64,000 bases of DNA, from NCBI GenBank assembly GCA_001799635.1, contig MGTV01000008.1, positions 879 through 64,878 on the forward strand, written 5' to 3'. The position numbers and the translations under genes are program-made. The notes under the pieces were generated by a model, which was given only the letters and a program-made list of their open reading frames with translations, had not been told where the DNA came from and ran no database searches. The DNA comes from Elusimicrobia bacterium GWA2_62_23. Lineage in GTDB: Bacteria > Elusimicrobiota > Elusimicrobia > Elusimicrobiales > UBA9959. Position 1 is the first letter of the stretch, and the number at the start of each line of letters is the position of its first letter. Below, piece after piece: positions 16,387 through 25,520 of the stretch.

Positions 16387-18642
16387 ATGCGTATAACGTT
16401 AAGACTCATCATTTCGCTGATAGTCGTGGTGGTGTTCGTCGCCCTTGTCTCCGCCTGGTTCAATGTCAGGCAGGAACGCCTCAAGCTTTATGACGAAGTC
16501 CGCGCCCAGTCGGCCCTGCTGGCCGAGAGCTTCAAGGAGAGCGTGAGGCATAACCTGGAAGCGAAGAACATGGCGGGGCTCCAGAAACTCGCCGACAAGT
16601 TCCAGAACCAGCAAAAGCTGGAGGGGGTGGCGGTTTACGACGGGAGCGGCAGCCTTATCTCCGGCTCTTCGGCCCTGCCGCCGGAACTGCTGGCCCGCGG
16701 CCCGGAGATAAACGCGCTGATATCTTCGGGGGACGGGGCGGACAGGGCGTACGCCGTGGGCGCCAAGAAGATCCACCTGTATCCGCTTACGCTGACCTTC
16801 AACGGCAACGAGAAGGCCCGGATAGTCCTCTTTACCGACATCTCCTACATAGAATACGACCTTTTTAAGATCTGGAAGCGCACCCTCATAAGGCTGCTGG
16901 CGCAGATGGTGCTCATCTCGCTGGTAACGCTGTTGATCATCAGATGGAACCTGGTGGACCCCATCGCCCAGATGGCCGAGTGGATGAAGAACCTGCGCAT
17001 AGGCGACGAACACGGCAACGCGCCGCCCATAAAGGGCGACATCTTCGCGCCGATAGCCAGGGAGGCCACCACGCTGGCCACCAACCTGCAGGCGGCCCGC
17101 CGCGCCGCCCAGAACGAGGCCCGCCTGCGGCAAAAGGGTGAATCCCTCTGGACGCCGGAGAGGTTGAAAGAGCATATTAAAGACAAAATGGGCGGGCGGC
17201 CGCTCTTCGTGGTTTCCAACCGCGAGCCCTACATGCATATCAAGGAGGGCAAGGATATCCGGGCCATAGTTCCCGCCGGAGGCCTGGTCACGGCGCTGGA
17301 CCCTATCATGAAGGCCGCCAGCGGCACCTGGGTGGCGCACGGCAGCGGCGAGGCCGACTTCGAGGTCACCGACGCCGACAACCGCATAAAGGTCCCGCCG
17401 GAAGAACCGGCCTATAACCTGCGCCGCGTAGCCCTCACCAAGGAAGAGGAGGACGGCTACTATTACGGGTTCTCCAACGAAGGCATCTGGCCGCTCTGCC
17501 ATATAGCCCATATCCGGCCCATCTTCAGAAAAGAGGATTGGAAGCACTATTACGAGGTTAACGAAAAGTTCTGCAAGGCCGTCCTGGAGGAAATAGCAGA
17601 CGTGAAAGAGCCCTGCGTGCTGATCCAGGACTATCATTTCACGCTGCTGCCCAGCATGATAAAGGCCGCCCGGCCCGACGCCAGGGTGGCGGTATTCTGG
17701 CATATCCCCTGGCCCAACCCGGAGACCTTCGGCATCTGCCCCTGGCAGAAAGAACTGGTGATGGGGCTGCTGGGCGCGGACCTGATAGGTTTCCAGACGC
17801 AGTTCTACTGCAATAATTTCCTGGACACCGTGGACCGCACCATAGAGTCCCGCATAGACTGGGAGCATTTCTCCGTCCAGAAAGAAGGCCATACCACCAT
17901 GGTCAAGCCCTTCCCGATCAGCGTGGATTTCCAGCAGCCGGAGAGGGACGCCAAGGCGCTGGCGCAGAAGCCGGACCCCGCCGCCGTCCTGAAGGAGCTC
18001 GGCATAAAAGCGGAAAAGATAGCGGTGGGCGTGGACCGCATAGACTACACCAAGGGCATGCTGGAAAGGGTGAAGGCCGTGGAACGGTTCCTGGAGAAGT
18101 ATCCGGCCTACCAGGGGAAGTTCTCGTTCATCCAGCTGGGCGCGCCCAGCCGCACGCATATCCCGCAGTACCACCGATTCCTGGCCGAACTGCACGCCGA
18201 GGTGGACCGCATAAACTGGCGGTTCAAGGCCAAGGACTGGAAGGCCATAGTCTTCTTGGAAAAGCACCACGACCACAAGGAGATCACCAAGTACTACAAG
18301 GTGGCGGACGCCTGCCTGGTTACCTCCCTGCACGACGGGATGAACCTGGTGGCCAAGGAGTTCGTGGCGGCCAGCGACGACCACCGCGGGGTGCTGATCC
18401 TCAGCCGTTTCGCCGGGGCCTCGCGGGAGCTCAAGGACGCGCTGATAGTGAACCCTTACGACATAGAGCAGATGGCCGACGCCATCTATTACTCGCTCAC
18501 CATGCCCAAAGCGGAAGTGGAAGAGAGAATGACGCGCATGAGGCAGGACCTGCACGAGAACAACATCTACAAGTGGGCGGCCGACCTTACCGGGGAACTG
18601 ATAAAACTGCGCATGGACGACTTTAAGCTTACGGGAGTATAA
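16387..18642 (+). CDS. otsA: Trehalose-6-phosphate synthase (GT20) fused to an N-terminal TM-periplasmic-TM-HAMP-like module
   Basis: GT20 motifs FVVSNREPY, GGLVTALDP, LHDGMNLVAKEF from about aa 265. The first ~260 aa carry two TM helices flanking a ~140-aa loop, then an amphipathic linker. Confidence 0.85.
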   Translation: MRITLRLIISLIVVVVFVALVSAWFNVRQERLKLYDEVRAQSALLAESFKESVRHNLEAKNMAGLQKLADKFQNQQKLEGVAVYDGSGSLISGSSALPPELLARGPEINALISSGDGADRAYAVGAKKIHLYPLTLTFNGNEKARIVLFTDISYIEYDLFKIWKRTLIRLLAQMVLISLVTLLIIRWNLVDPIAQMAEWMKNLRIGDEHGNAPPIKGDIFAPIAREATTLATNLQAARRAAQNEARLRQKGESLWTPERLKEHIKDKMGGRPLFVVSNREPYMHIKEGKDIRAIVPAGGLVTALDPIMKAASGTWVAHGSGEADFEVTDADNRIKVPPEEPAYNLRRVALTKEEEDGYYYGFSNEGIWPLCHIAHIRPIFRKEDWKHYYEVNEKFCKAVLEEIADVKEPCVLIQDYHFTLLPSMIKAARPDARVAVFWHIPWPNPETFGICPWQKELVMGLLGADLIGFQTQFYCNNFLDTVDRTIESRIDWEHFSVQKEGHTTMVKPFPISVDFQQPERDAKALAQKPDPAAVLKELGIKAEKIAVGVDRIDYTKGMLERVKAVERFLEKYPAYQGKFSFIQLGAPSRTHIPQYHRFLAELHAEVDRINWRFKAKDWKAIVFLEKHHDHKEITKYYKVADACLVTSLHDGMNLVAKEFVAASDDHRGVLILSRFAGASRELKDALIVNPYDIEQMADAIYYSLTMPKAEVEERMTRMRQDLHENNIYKWAADLTGELIKLRMDDFKLTGV

Positions 18643-19427
18643 TGAAGCTCTTCTGGAAAGACGCGGCCGCCGTCGCCGCCAGGCTAGCCGCCGCGCCCCG
18701 CCTGCTGGTAACGCTGGACTTCGACGGCACCCTGGCCGCGCTGGCCAATTCCCCGGGGCTGGCCAGGCTGGAGCCCGGGCTGAAGGCCGCTCTGCGGGAC
18801 CTGGCGGCGGCGCCGGGCGTTTTTGTCTTCATACTCAGCGGGAGGCCTTTGAAGAACGTGCGCGCCCTGGTGGGCCAGCGCAGGCTTTACTACGGCGGCA
18901 ATCACGGCATTGAGATCAAGGGGCCGGGGTTCGCCTGGCGCGACGCCGGCGCATTAAAGGTGAGAAGCCTGGTCGCCGGGATCGCCGACGCCGTGAGCCG
19001 TAAATTCCCGCCTGCCTCCGGTGTGCTGGTTGAGAATAAAATATATTCCGCCAGCGTTCATTACCGCAACCTTACCGCCGGTTCGTGGCGCGCGTTCTTC
19101 AGCCGGATGAAAGCCCTCATGGCCGCCACCAATGAAGCGCTTTACTGGCGCGGCGGCCATAAGGTCTTCGAACTGCTGCCCCGCGAAGCGGCGCATAAGG
19201 GCGACGCGGTGCGCAAACTTTCCGGGCATCTCAAGTCTTCGTTAAGCCTCGCCGCCGGCGATGACCTCACCGACGAGGACATGTTCGCGGCGCTCGCCGG
19301 GAGAGGGGTGGCGGTAAGGGTGGGCCGGAAAGCCGGCTCGAAGGCCGGGTATTACCTGGCCGGCCAGGAAGAAGTGCTGCGCCTGCTGCGCTTCATAACG
19401 GCGGCGAGGGACCGGGGGGTAAAATGA
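18642..19427 (+). CDS. otsB: Trehalose-6-phosphate phosphatase (HAD family)
   Basis: HAD motif I LDFDGTLA and motif IV GDDLTDEDMF. The start overlaps the otsA stop. Confidence 0.8.
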   Translation: MKLFWKDAAAVAARLAAAPRLLVTLDFDGTLAALANSPGLARLEPGLKAALRDLAAAPGVFVFILSGRPLKNVRALVGQRRLYYGGNHGIEIKGPGFAWRDAGALKVRSLVAGIADAVSRKFPPASGVLVENKIYSASVHYRNLTAGSWRAFFSRMKALMAATNEALYWRGGHKVFELLPREAAHKGDAVRKLSGHLKSSLSLAAGDDLTDEDMFAALAGRGVAVRVGRKAGSKAGYYLAGQEEVLRLLRFITAARDRGVK

Positions 19428-20098
19428 GAACGACAGCCGTGGAACCGTTCAGATTCTGCACGCGCCTCACGCTCACGGAAGTGACCGGGAGGAAGGCCTT
19501 CAATATAAGCGAACTGCTGGAGGGAATAAGGGCGGCCGACGACGCCGTGATCTACCACCACACCCACCGCTTCATCAAACAGTCCCACCACCTGGTGCCC
19601 GAAGGCGCCAACGACTTCGCTTACTGGGTCACCAATACGGTGCAGGCGGACCGCCTGGGCGAGGAACTGACCTCCATCGATATCGTGCGGTACAATTCGC
19701 TGGCAGATATCCGCAGCGCCTTCGTGGAAATGCTGGAGCGCCACCTCGCCGAAAATCCCGGCCCGCAGCGTACCGTGGCCCCGGGCCGCGAGTTCCACTT
19801 CATGCGGGCCATAAGGTATTCGGTGCCCACGGCCTGCTCGGCGCGCGATTACGCCTCTTTCATAGAGTGCCTGAAGAACGTGAGCGTCTCCAGCCTTTAC
19901 CTGCACGTGTTCGAGGCCAGGCTCCGGCCTCCCTACGGCGTGGACGACTTCTCGCACTGGTTCAGGACCAACTTTGACGACGAGGCGGTGGGCCGCGAGA
20001 TCTCCCGCCTGGACCCCTATTCCTACACGCTCGAAAGCCTGAGGCAGAGAATAATCCGCGTCATAGAGCGCCGCCTCGCGGAGGTGAAAAATGCCTAA
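19424..20098 (+). CDS. Hypothetical protein, conserved-looking (possibly DUF5752-like)
   Basis: ORF overlapping both neighbours in operon fashion. The family assignment is from memory only. Confidence 0.4.
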   Translation: MRTTAVEPFRFCTRLTLTEVTGRKAFNISELLEGIRAADDAVIYHHTHRFIKQSHHLVPEGANDFAYWVTNTVQADRLGEELTSIDIVRYNSLADIRSAFVEMLERHLAENPGPQRTVAPGREFHFMRAIRYSVPTACSARDYASFIECLKNVSVSSLYLHVFEARLRPPYGVDDFSHWFRTNFDDEAVGREISRLDPYSYTLESLRQRIIRVIERRLAEVKNA

Positions 20099-21311
20099 GA
20101 TAGAAGAATACGCGCCAGCGGCGGGCCGCAGCGCCATAGAAGAGCTCAAGGTCCTGGCCGCCAGGCTCGAAGGCAAGACCATCCTCAACGTCAATTCCAC
20201 GGCGGTAGGAGGCGGCGTGGCGGAGATACTCAACCGCATGCTACCCATGATGACGGAGCTGGGGATAAAACCGCGCTGGGAACTCATAAAGGGCGGCGAG
20301 GATTTTTACGCCGTTACCAAGAAGTTCCATAACGCGCTGCACGGCACGCGCCAGGAACTGACCGCCGCCGACTTCCAACTGTACCGCGACACGCTGAAGA
20401 GCAATATGGCGACCCTGAACCTGGACGCCGACGTGGCCCTGATCCACGACCCGCAGCCGGCCGGGCTGATAGAGAAGAAGCCCGCCGGGGCCAAGTGGGT
20501 GTGGCGCTGCCACATAGACCTCTCCAACCGCCAGGCGGACGTCTGGGAGTTCCTGCGCGGCTACGTTTCCCGCTACGACGCCGCGGTCATCTCGGCGCCT
20601 TCCTTCTCCCAGGAACTGCCGGTAAAGCAGTTCCAGGTGCCGCCCTCCATAGACCCGCTCGCCGACAAGAACAAGGACCTCTCGGACGCCGAGGTGGCGG
20701 ACATAATGCGCCGCCTGGAGATCCCGGTCGACAAGCCGCTGATAACTCAGGTCTCCCGTTTCGACCGGCTGAAGGACCCGTTGGGCGTGATAGAGGCTTT
20801 TAAAAAGATACAGCCTTACGTCACGGCGCGGCTGCTGCTGGTGGGCGGCAGCGCCGACGACGACCCGGAAGGTTCCCAGGTGCTGGCCGAAGCCCGCGCG
20901 GCGGCCGAAGGCAACCCCGACATAATAGTGCTCTGCCTGCCGCCCACGTCCAACATAGAGATCAACGCCATCCAGCGCGCTTCGGCGATAATACTGCAGA
21001 AATCCCTTAAGGAGGGTTTCGGCCTGACCGTTTCCGAAGCGCTGTGGAAAGGCAAACCGGTGATAGCCGGCGCGGTGGGGGGTATTCCGTTGCAGATAAC
21101 CCACAAATACTCGGGTATCCTGACGCGCACTATTGACGGCACGGCTTACTGGATGAAGCGCCTCCTGCACGAGCCGGCCTTCGCCAGGAAGCTCGGCGAG
21201 AACGGCCGCGAGCACGTGCGCGAGAACTTCCTGCTGACCCGCCACCTGCGCGACTACCTGCTGCTCGCGCTCTACCTGGAAAGCGGCCGGCGGGACTTCA
21301 TACACCTGTAA
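20091..21311 (+). CDS. GT4 glycosyltransferase resembling trehalose glycosyltransferring synthase (TreT)
   Basis: N-terminal VNSTAVGGGVAEIL and C-terminal EGFGLTVSEALWKGKPVIAG (E-x7-E) motifs, 406 aa, trehalose context. Confidence 0.6.
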   Translation: MPKIEEYAPAAGRSAIEELKVLAARLEGKTILNVNSTAVGGGVAEILNRMLPMMTELGIKPRWELIKGGEDFYAVTKKFHNALHGTRQELTAADFQLYRDTLKSNMATLNLDADVALIHDPQPAGLIEKKPAGAKWVWRCHIDLSNRQADVWEFLRGYVSRYDAAVISAPSFSQELPVKQFQVPPSIDPLADKNKDLSDAEVADIMRRLEIPVDKPLITQVSRFDRLKDPLGVIEAFKKIQPYVTARLLLVGGSADDDPEGSQVLAEARAAAEGNPDIIVLCLPPTSNIEINAIQRASAIILQKSLKEGFGLTVSEALWKGKPVIAGAVGGIPLQITHKYSGILTRTIDGTAYWMKRLLHEPAFARKLGENGREHVRENFLLTRHLRDYLLLALYLESGRRDFIHL

Positions 21312-21374
21312 TCCGGTCTGGAATTCCGAAAACAACGGGTTTGGGACGTTGTTCTCTTTAGTCCGGAACAAAAC

Positions 21375-21469
21375 AAAACCGCGCCTTTGACGGCGCGGTT
21401 TTGTTCTGTTCCGAAGAAGCCTTCTTCTTCGGGCCCGTAACGGCTGCCGGGGTTCGGCAGCGCGGATTT
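21375..21469. repeat. Direct repeat copy 1 (95 bp), includes the treT-side terminator hairpin
   Basis: Identical to 24359-24453 except one base (T 21428 vs A 24412), at an offset of 2984 bp. Contains the hairpin AAAACCGCGCC-TTTGA-CGGCGCGGTTTT. Confidence 0.9.
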
Positions 21470-21779
21470 TGGGGATACTGCAAATTGGCGCGAGCAAGTG
21501 GATGCAAAAACGAACTTTTTGCGGAAGGCCCTCATTGGTAAAAACTACTGGCTGCCTCCCATAAAGATTATTCTGGACATCTTCCGCGTGGGTGGTAAGG
21601 GTGCCGAAAAGAACCTCACCGCAGACCCGAATACCGCTGAACACCCAAAAGTTCAAATCCCGTTGACGCCTAGGTAGCCGGATTCAAACCGCCTTTTTCT
21701 CAACTCTATGGTAGCCGCAGGGCAACCGCCCACTTGACTTATTGCTTTACCTATGCTTTACTTATTGCAAGGGGGAAGC

Positions 21780-22787
21780 ATGCCATTTAATCCCAAGTTC
21801 GTCCCAACCCATCACCTTCTTAAGGTCATTGAGGAGGCTGCTGAGCTTAAATCCAAAATACAGAGCGCCTCGATAGGCGTCAGCTGGCTGCCTGACATGC
21901 AGCGGGAGGCCCTGGCAAGGCAGACCCACGGCTCAACGGCTATAGAGGGCAATCCGCTTACCCTGCCCCAAATTAAGACCCTTGCCGCCGGAGGCACCCT
22001 GCCGGGCGCCAAGCCGCGCGCCGTGCAGGAGATCCTGAACTATTTTGAGGTCCTGCGCTATATCGGTAAGAATTCCGGCATTGCCGCGATAACGGTCAAA
22101 CAGGTTTTAAAGCTCCATGCCATAATAGGCCGCAAGAACGCGCTGGACCGCGGCCCAGTCGGGACTTTCCGGGACTATCAGGTTTTTGTGGGGGGGCATA
22201 CGCCGCCGTCCCCGGCTTCGGTCCCTTACATGACCGCCGAATTATGTGATTGGCTCAATGGTCCCGGCCAGGAGTGGCCCGCACTGATAAGTTCTGCCAT
22301 ACTTCACTACCAGTTCGAGCATATACACCCGTTCGGCGACGGCAATGGCCGCGTGGGCCGGGCGCTTGCGACCTGGGAGCTTTACCGCAAACAGTTCGAC
22401 ACGCACCATATCTTCGCCGTGGATGAAATCATTCTTGAAGACCGGCAGGCGTATTACCGCGCCCTGGACCGTGTCGAAGCGCAGGGAGGGGACGTCTCCG
22501 GCTGGGTGGAGTACTCCGCCGAGACGGTGTTGGCGGCTTTGGAGCGTACCTGGAAGCGTATAGACTCGATACGCGCTATAACGGGTGGCGAGTCGATCTC
22601 TCTGACTAAGAACCAAGAGCGCCTGTTGGCCCTGCTCAAGGAGGCTCCGCGAGGCATACAGGAAATAATGGCGGCGCTGAAAGTGACCAAGCCCGGCGCT
22701 CATTTCATATTAAGGCCGTTGTTGGCAGCCGGGTTGGTAAAGCGCTCCGGCGGTCATAAGACGGGGAAATACTCGCTAAAAAATTGA
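21780..22787 (+). CDS. Fic-family protein (putative AMPylase) with N-terminal inhibitory motif and C-terminal winged-helix domain
   Basis: Active-site HPFGDGNGRVGR at 22326-22361 and the inhibitory-helix motif STAIEGN near aa 50. ATG 21780 with an AGGGGGA Shine-Dalgarno is preferred over 21753. Confidence 0.85.
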   Translation: MPFNPKFVPTHHLLKVIEEAAELKSKIQSASIGVSWLPDMQREALARQTHGSTAIEGNPLTLPQIKTLAAGGTLPGAKPRAVQEILNYFEVLRYIGKNSGIAAITVKQVLKLHAIIGRKNALDRGPVGTFRDYQVFVGGHTPPSPASVPYMTAELCDWLNGPGQEWPALISSAILHYQFEHIHPFGDGNGRVGRALATWELYRKQFDTHHIFAVDEIILEDRQAYYRALDRVEAQGGDVSGWVEYSAETVLAALERTWKRIDSIRAITGGESISLTKNQERLLALLKEAPRGIQEIMAALKVTKPGAHFILRPLLAAGLVKRSGGHKTGKYSLKN

Positions 22788-22839
22788 GCCCATCGGGAAT
22801 CACTTTGACACCTGGACACCGGATTCGCGTTTTTACCCC

Positions 22840-22868
22840 TTGCCAAAGCGTGTTTTACAATGCATAAT
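22840..22868 (+). promoter_or_regulatory. Putative promoter of abiEi-abiEii
   Basis: TTGCCA-N17-CATAAT. An upstream direct repeat GACACC-TG-GACACC (22806-22820) could be an operator. Confidence 0.4.
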
Positions 22869-22894
22869 ATGCCTAGTAACTCGGTATATCACGT

Positions 22895-23467
22895 ATGTCA
22901 AAGAATCGCACAGCTTCAGAAAAACTGTTTGAGATAGCCGAAAGTCAGCAGGGCTATTTCACTTATAAACAAGCGCTATCCGCCGGCTATTACCGGGACG
23001 CCGCCCATTTTTATGCCAAGTCCGGAGAATGGCTGCGTGAACAGCGCGGGATCTATCGCCTCTCAAAATTCCCTGTATCAGATCGCCCGGACCTGGTGTT
23101 GTGGTCGCTTTGGTCTACGGACCGCGGGGGAAAGGTGCAGGGGGTTTATTCCTACCAGACGGCTCTTTCCCTTTACGAGATTACGGACGCTAATCCGGCC
23201 AAGCTCCATATGACCGTCCCACCAAAGTTCCGCAAATTCCATTCTCCCCCTAAGGGTATTGTCCTCCATCGCGCTGAACTGAAAGAGTCGGAAATAAAAA
23301 AACAGCAGGGGTATTATGTGACGACCCCTCTGAAAACCCTGCAGGATATGTATTCCGCGCAACTGATGGACGCCAATGAGATTAAACTGGCGGCTAAGCA
23401 GGCTGTTCGGCTCGGGATTGTGACGCCCACTGAGGCGGATACGGTTTCATCTCTGAAAAATGACTGA
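22895..23467 (+). CDS. AbiEi-family antitoxin / transcriptional regulator (type IV TA)
   Basis: About 190 aa. N-terminal wHTH-like region (QQGYFTYKQALSAGY..YAKSGEWLREQRGIYRL). Overlaps the AbiEii gene by 8 nt. Confidence 0.7.
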   Translation: MSKNRTASEKLFEIAESQQGYFTYKQALSAGYYRDAAHFYAKSGEWLREQRGIYRLSKFPVSDRPDLVLWSLWSTDRGGKVQGVYSYQTALSLYEITDANPAKLHMTVPPKFRKFHSPPKGIVLHRAELKESEIKKQQGYYVTTPLKTLQDMYSAQLMDANEIKLAAKQAVRLGIVTPTEADTVSSLKND

Positions 23468-24323
23468 GTCCAAATCTTATAAATCGGCGAAGGATTTTCG
23501 CGTGGCACTAGAGCACCGGCTGCAGAAGCATGCCGCCGATTCGGGCCCCAACCTGCAGCGCTTGCGCCGGACTGTAGCGTTTAACCGTTTCCTGGCACGC
23601 ATCTTTGCGGACAGGCTTTCACCGTGGGTGCTGAAAGGCGGCTATGCTATGGAGCTACGCCTGCATAGCGCGCGCGCCACGCTGGATGTGGACCTTAGTT
23701 TCCGTGGGTCGCCAAAGTCCGGCACCGAAGCTCAAACTGATTACTTGCAGCGGCTTTTGGCCGACGCCGCTAAAGCTGATCTGGGAGATTTCTTTGACTT
23801 CGAGATCGGTGGGGTCCAAATGGAGTTGGACGGCCCTCTTTATGGTGGGGCCAGATATCCGGTGCGTTCAATAATAGACGGGAGGCTGTTCGTTTCTTTT
23901 CACGTTGATGTTGCTGTGGGCGACTTTATCCCGGTAAAACTTGAAACAGCACACGAACAGGGCCTGCTGTCATTTGCAGGTATAAAATCTTCGACTTTTC
24001 AGGTGATACCGAAGGAGATTCAGTTCGCGGAAAAACTGCACTCCTATACCATGCCGCGCCCGGTGCCTAATTCCCGTGTCAGGGACCTGGTGGACATGGT
24101 CCTGCTTATCCAAGAAGCAAAAATATCCCCGGTTAAAACCAGGGAAGCTTTGCAATCAGTATTCAGCCGGAGGAAAAGCCATGCCGTCCCGGCTATGCTT
24201 AAACCGGCACCGGCCTCATGGGAGAGACGCTTCGTTGAAATGGCTGCGGAGTGCGGCTTGGAAATGGATTTGAGCGCAGGTTTTGAAATACTGAATCAAT
24301 TTTATTTAAAGTTGCGGTCCTGA
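23460..24323 (+). CDS. AbiEii/AbiGii-family nucleotidyltransferase toxin (DUF1814)
   Basis: WVLKGGYAMELRL...TLDVDL motif pattern typical of AbiEii, 287 aa, paired with AbiEi. Confidence 0.7.
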   Translation: MTESKSYKSAKDFRVALEHRLQKHAADSGPNLQRLRRTVAFNRFLARIFADRLSPWVLKGGYAMELRLHSARATLDVDLSFRGSPKSGTEAQTDYLQRLLADAAKADLGDFFDFEIGGVQMELDGPLYGGARYPVRSIIDGRLFVSFHVDVAVGDFIPVKLETAHEQGLLSFAGIKSSTFQVIPKEIQFAEKLHSYTMPRPVPNSRVRDLVDMVLLIQEAKISPVKTREALQSVFSRRKSHAVPAMLKPAPASWERRFVEMAAECGLEMDLSAGFEILNQFYLKLRS

Positions 24324-24358
24324 GAGAACTGAGCTTCTTGGTAATTGCCGAGAAATTA

Positions 24359-24453
24359 AAAACCGCGCCTTTGACGGCGCGGTTTTGTTCTGTTCCGAAG
24401 AAGCCTTCTTCATCGGGCCCGTAACGGCTGCCGGGGTTCGGCAGCGCGGATTT
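24359..24453. repeat. Direct repeat copy 2 (95 bp), immediately downstream of the tRNA-Glu 3' end
   Basis: See copy 1. Ends 17 nt from the tRNA 3' terminus. Confidence 0.9.
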
Positions 24454-24469
24454 CTGCAACAGCATAAAT

Positions 24470-24545
24470 TGGCGCCCCCATGGGGATTCGAACCCCAGAT
24501 CTCTGCCTTGAAAGGGCAGCGTCCTAACCGCTAGACGATGGGGGC
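24470..24545 (-). tRNA. tRNA-Glu (anticodon TTC), CCA encoded
   Basis: The reverse complement folds as GCCCCCA-TC-GTCTAGCGGTTAGGAC-G-CTGCC-CTTTCAA-GGCAG-AGATC-TGGGG-TTCGAAT-CCCCA-TGGGGGC-G-CCA. Confidence 0.9.
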
Positions 24546-24677
24546 GCAAGAACTTCCTACTAGAGAAAAGCCGGCTTGAACACCGGCTTTTATTTTGTAG
24601 AATCATAGTTTACAATTTAGGTCCGCCCCGTGTCAAACCGGGGCTTTTGCGGGCAATTTAACCTCAACGGGGGAAAA

Positions 24678-25496
24678 ATGGCTGAAGAGAACCAGGTACA
24701 GGCGCCGGCCGAAGGCGGGCAGCCGCAGGACGCGAACGCGGAACTGCAGAAGGCCCGCTCCGGCAACAAGGTACTCAAGATAGTGGCTGTAGTGCTGGCC
24801 GTGCTGTTCCTGGTCATGGCCGGGTCCGCCTTCTATATCTACCGCAGGATAGCGCAGACCAAGCTCGCCCTCGAAGAAGCCTTTAACTCGTCGCCTTCTC
24901 CTTTTCCGCAGGGCTCGCAGCCCGGAGTTATGCCGCAGCAGGGCTTCGCCATGTTCGGGAGCGGTTCCGGGCAGTCTTCCAGCCTCGGCCTAATTACGGG
25001 GGCTCCCGGCGGCCAGCCGCAGTTCAGCGCCGAACAGGGCGAGCGGGTGCACGCCGCCATGATGAAATACGGCGAGCGGCCCATAGTCAAGGAGTTCATC
25101 GCCGACCTCAAGAAGAACCCCGACATGGCCAAAGCTTTCGACCAGTCCAAGGGAGGCAACCCGATCGCTGTGATCGCCTCTATACGCAATGCCAAGGGCA
25201 TGGAAGCCCTGGTGGCCAAGTACGCTTACCGGCCCGAATTCCTCTCGCTGATGATGGACGTGATGAAAGACCCCGAGATAAAGCCGCTGTTGAGCGGCAT
25301 GCCCGGTATGGGCGGCGCTATGCCGCAGGCCCCGGTGCCTCCGGCCGCCCCGACCCCGTCCGAATCGCCCGAGCCCTCCCTGGGGGCCGGGGACGCCCCC
25401 ATGGTGCTCGATACCTCGGTGATCAGCGGCACCCCCTCGGAGCCGGCCGCCCGGCCCGCGGTCCGCAAGGCGCCTCCGCCGGTTGACAGCGACTAG
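24678..25496 (+). CDS. Single-pass membrane protein with Pro/Gly/Gln-rich regions (hypothetical)
   Basis: TM helix VLKIVAVVLAVLFLVMAGSAFYIY and low-complexity tails. ATG 24678 is preferred over the track start 24630. Confidence 0.55.
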   Translation: MAEENQVQAPAEGGQPQDANAELQKARSGNKVLKIVAVVLAVLFLVMAGSAFYIYRRIAQTKLALEEAFNSSPSPFPQGSQPGVMPQQGFAMFGSGSGQSSSLGLITGAPGGQPQFSAEQGERVHAAMMKYGERPIVKEFIADLKKNPDMAKAFDQSKGGNPIAVIASIRNAKGMEALVAKYAYRPEFLSLMMDVMKDPEIKPLLSGMPGMGGAMPQAPVPPAAPTPSESPEPSLGAGDAPMVLDTSVISGTPSEPAARPAVRKAPPPVDSD

Positions 25497-25520
25497 CCGG
25501 CATACTATAATAATATAGTT

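Larger units (their letters stand above)
21470..24358. mobile_element. Integrase-less genomic islet (Fic + AbiEi/AbiEii) inserted downstream of tRNA-Glu
   Basis: Flanked by 95-bp direct repeats. By eye it is more AT-rich than its flanks. Its cargo is toxin/defence-type genes. A degenerate extension of the repeat (CTGCAAATTGGCGC, 21478-21492) matches the tRNA 3' end region at 24454-24476. Confidence 0.65.

Noticed and set aside
16399-18555. 718-aa minus-strand ORF antisense to otsA
   Set aside because: The sense strand carries complete GT20 motifs. The antisense ORF is a high-GC artefact.
21630-21670. tRNA fragment suggested by GTTCAAATCC (T-loop-like) inside the islet's left non-coding region
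   Set aside because: The flanking bases cannot form a T-stem or an acceptor stem, so it is probably a chance match.
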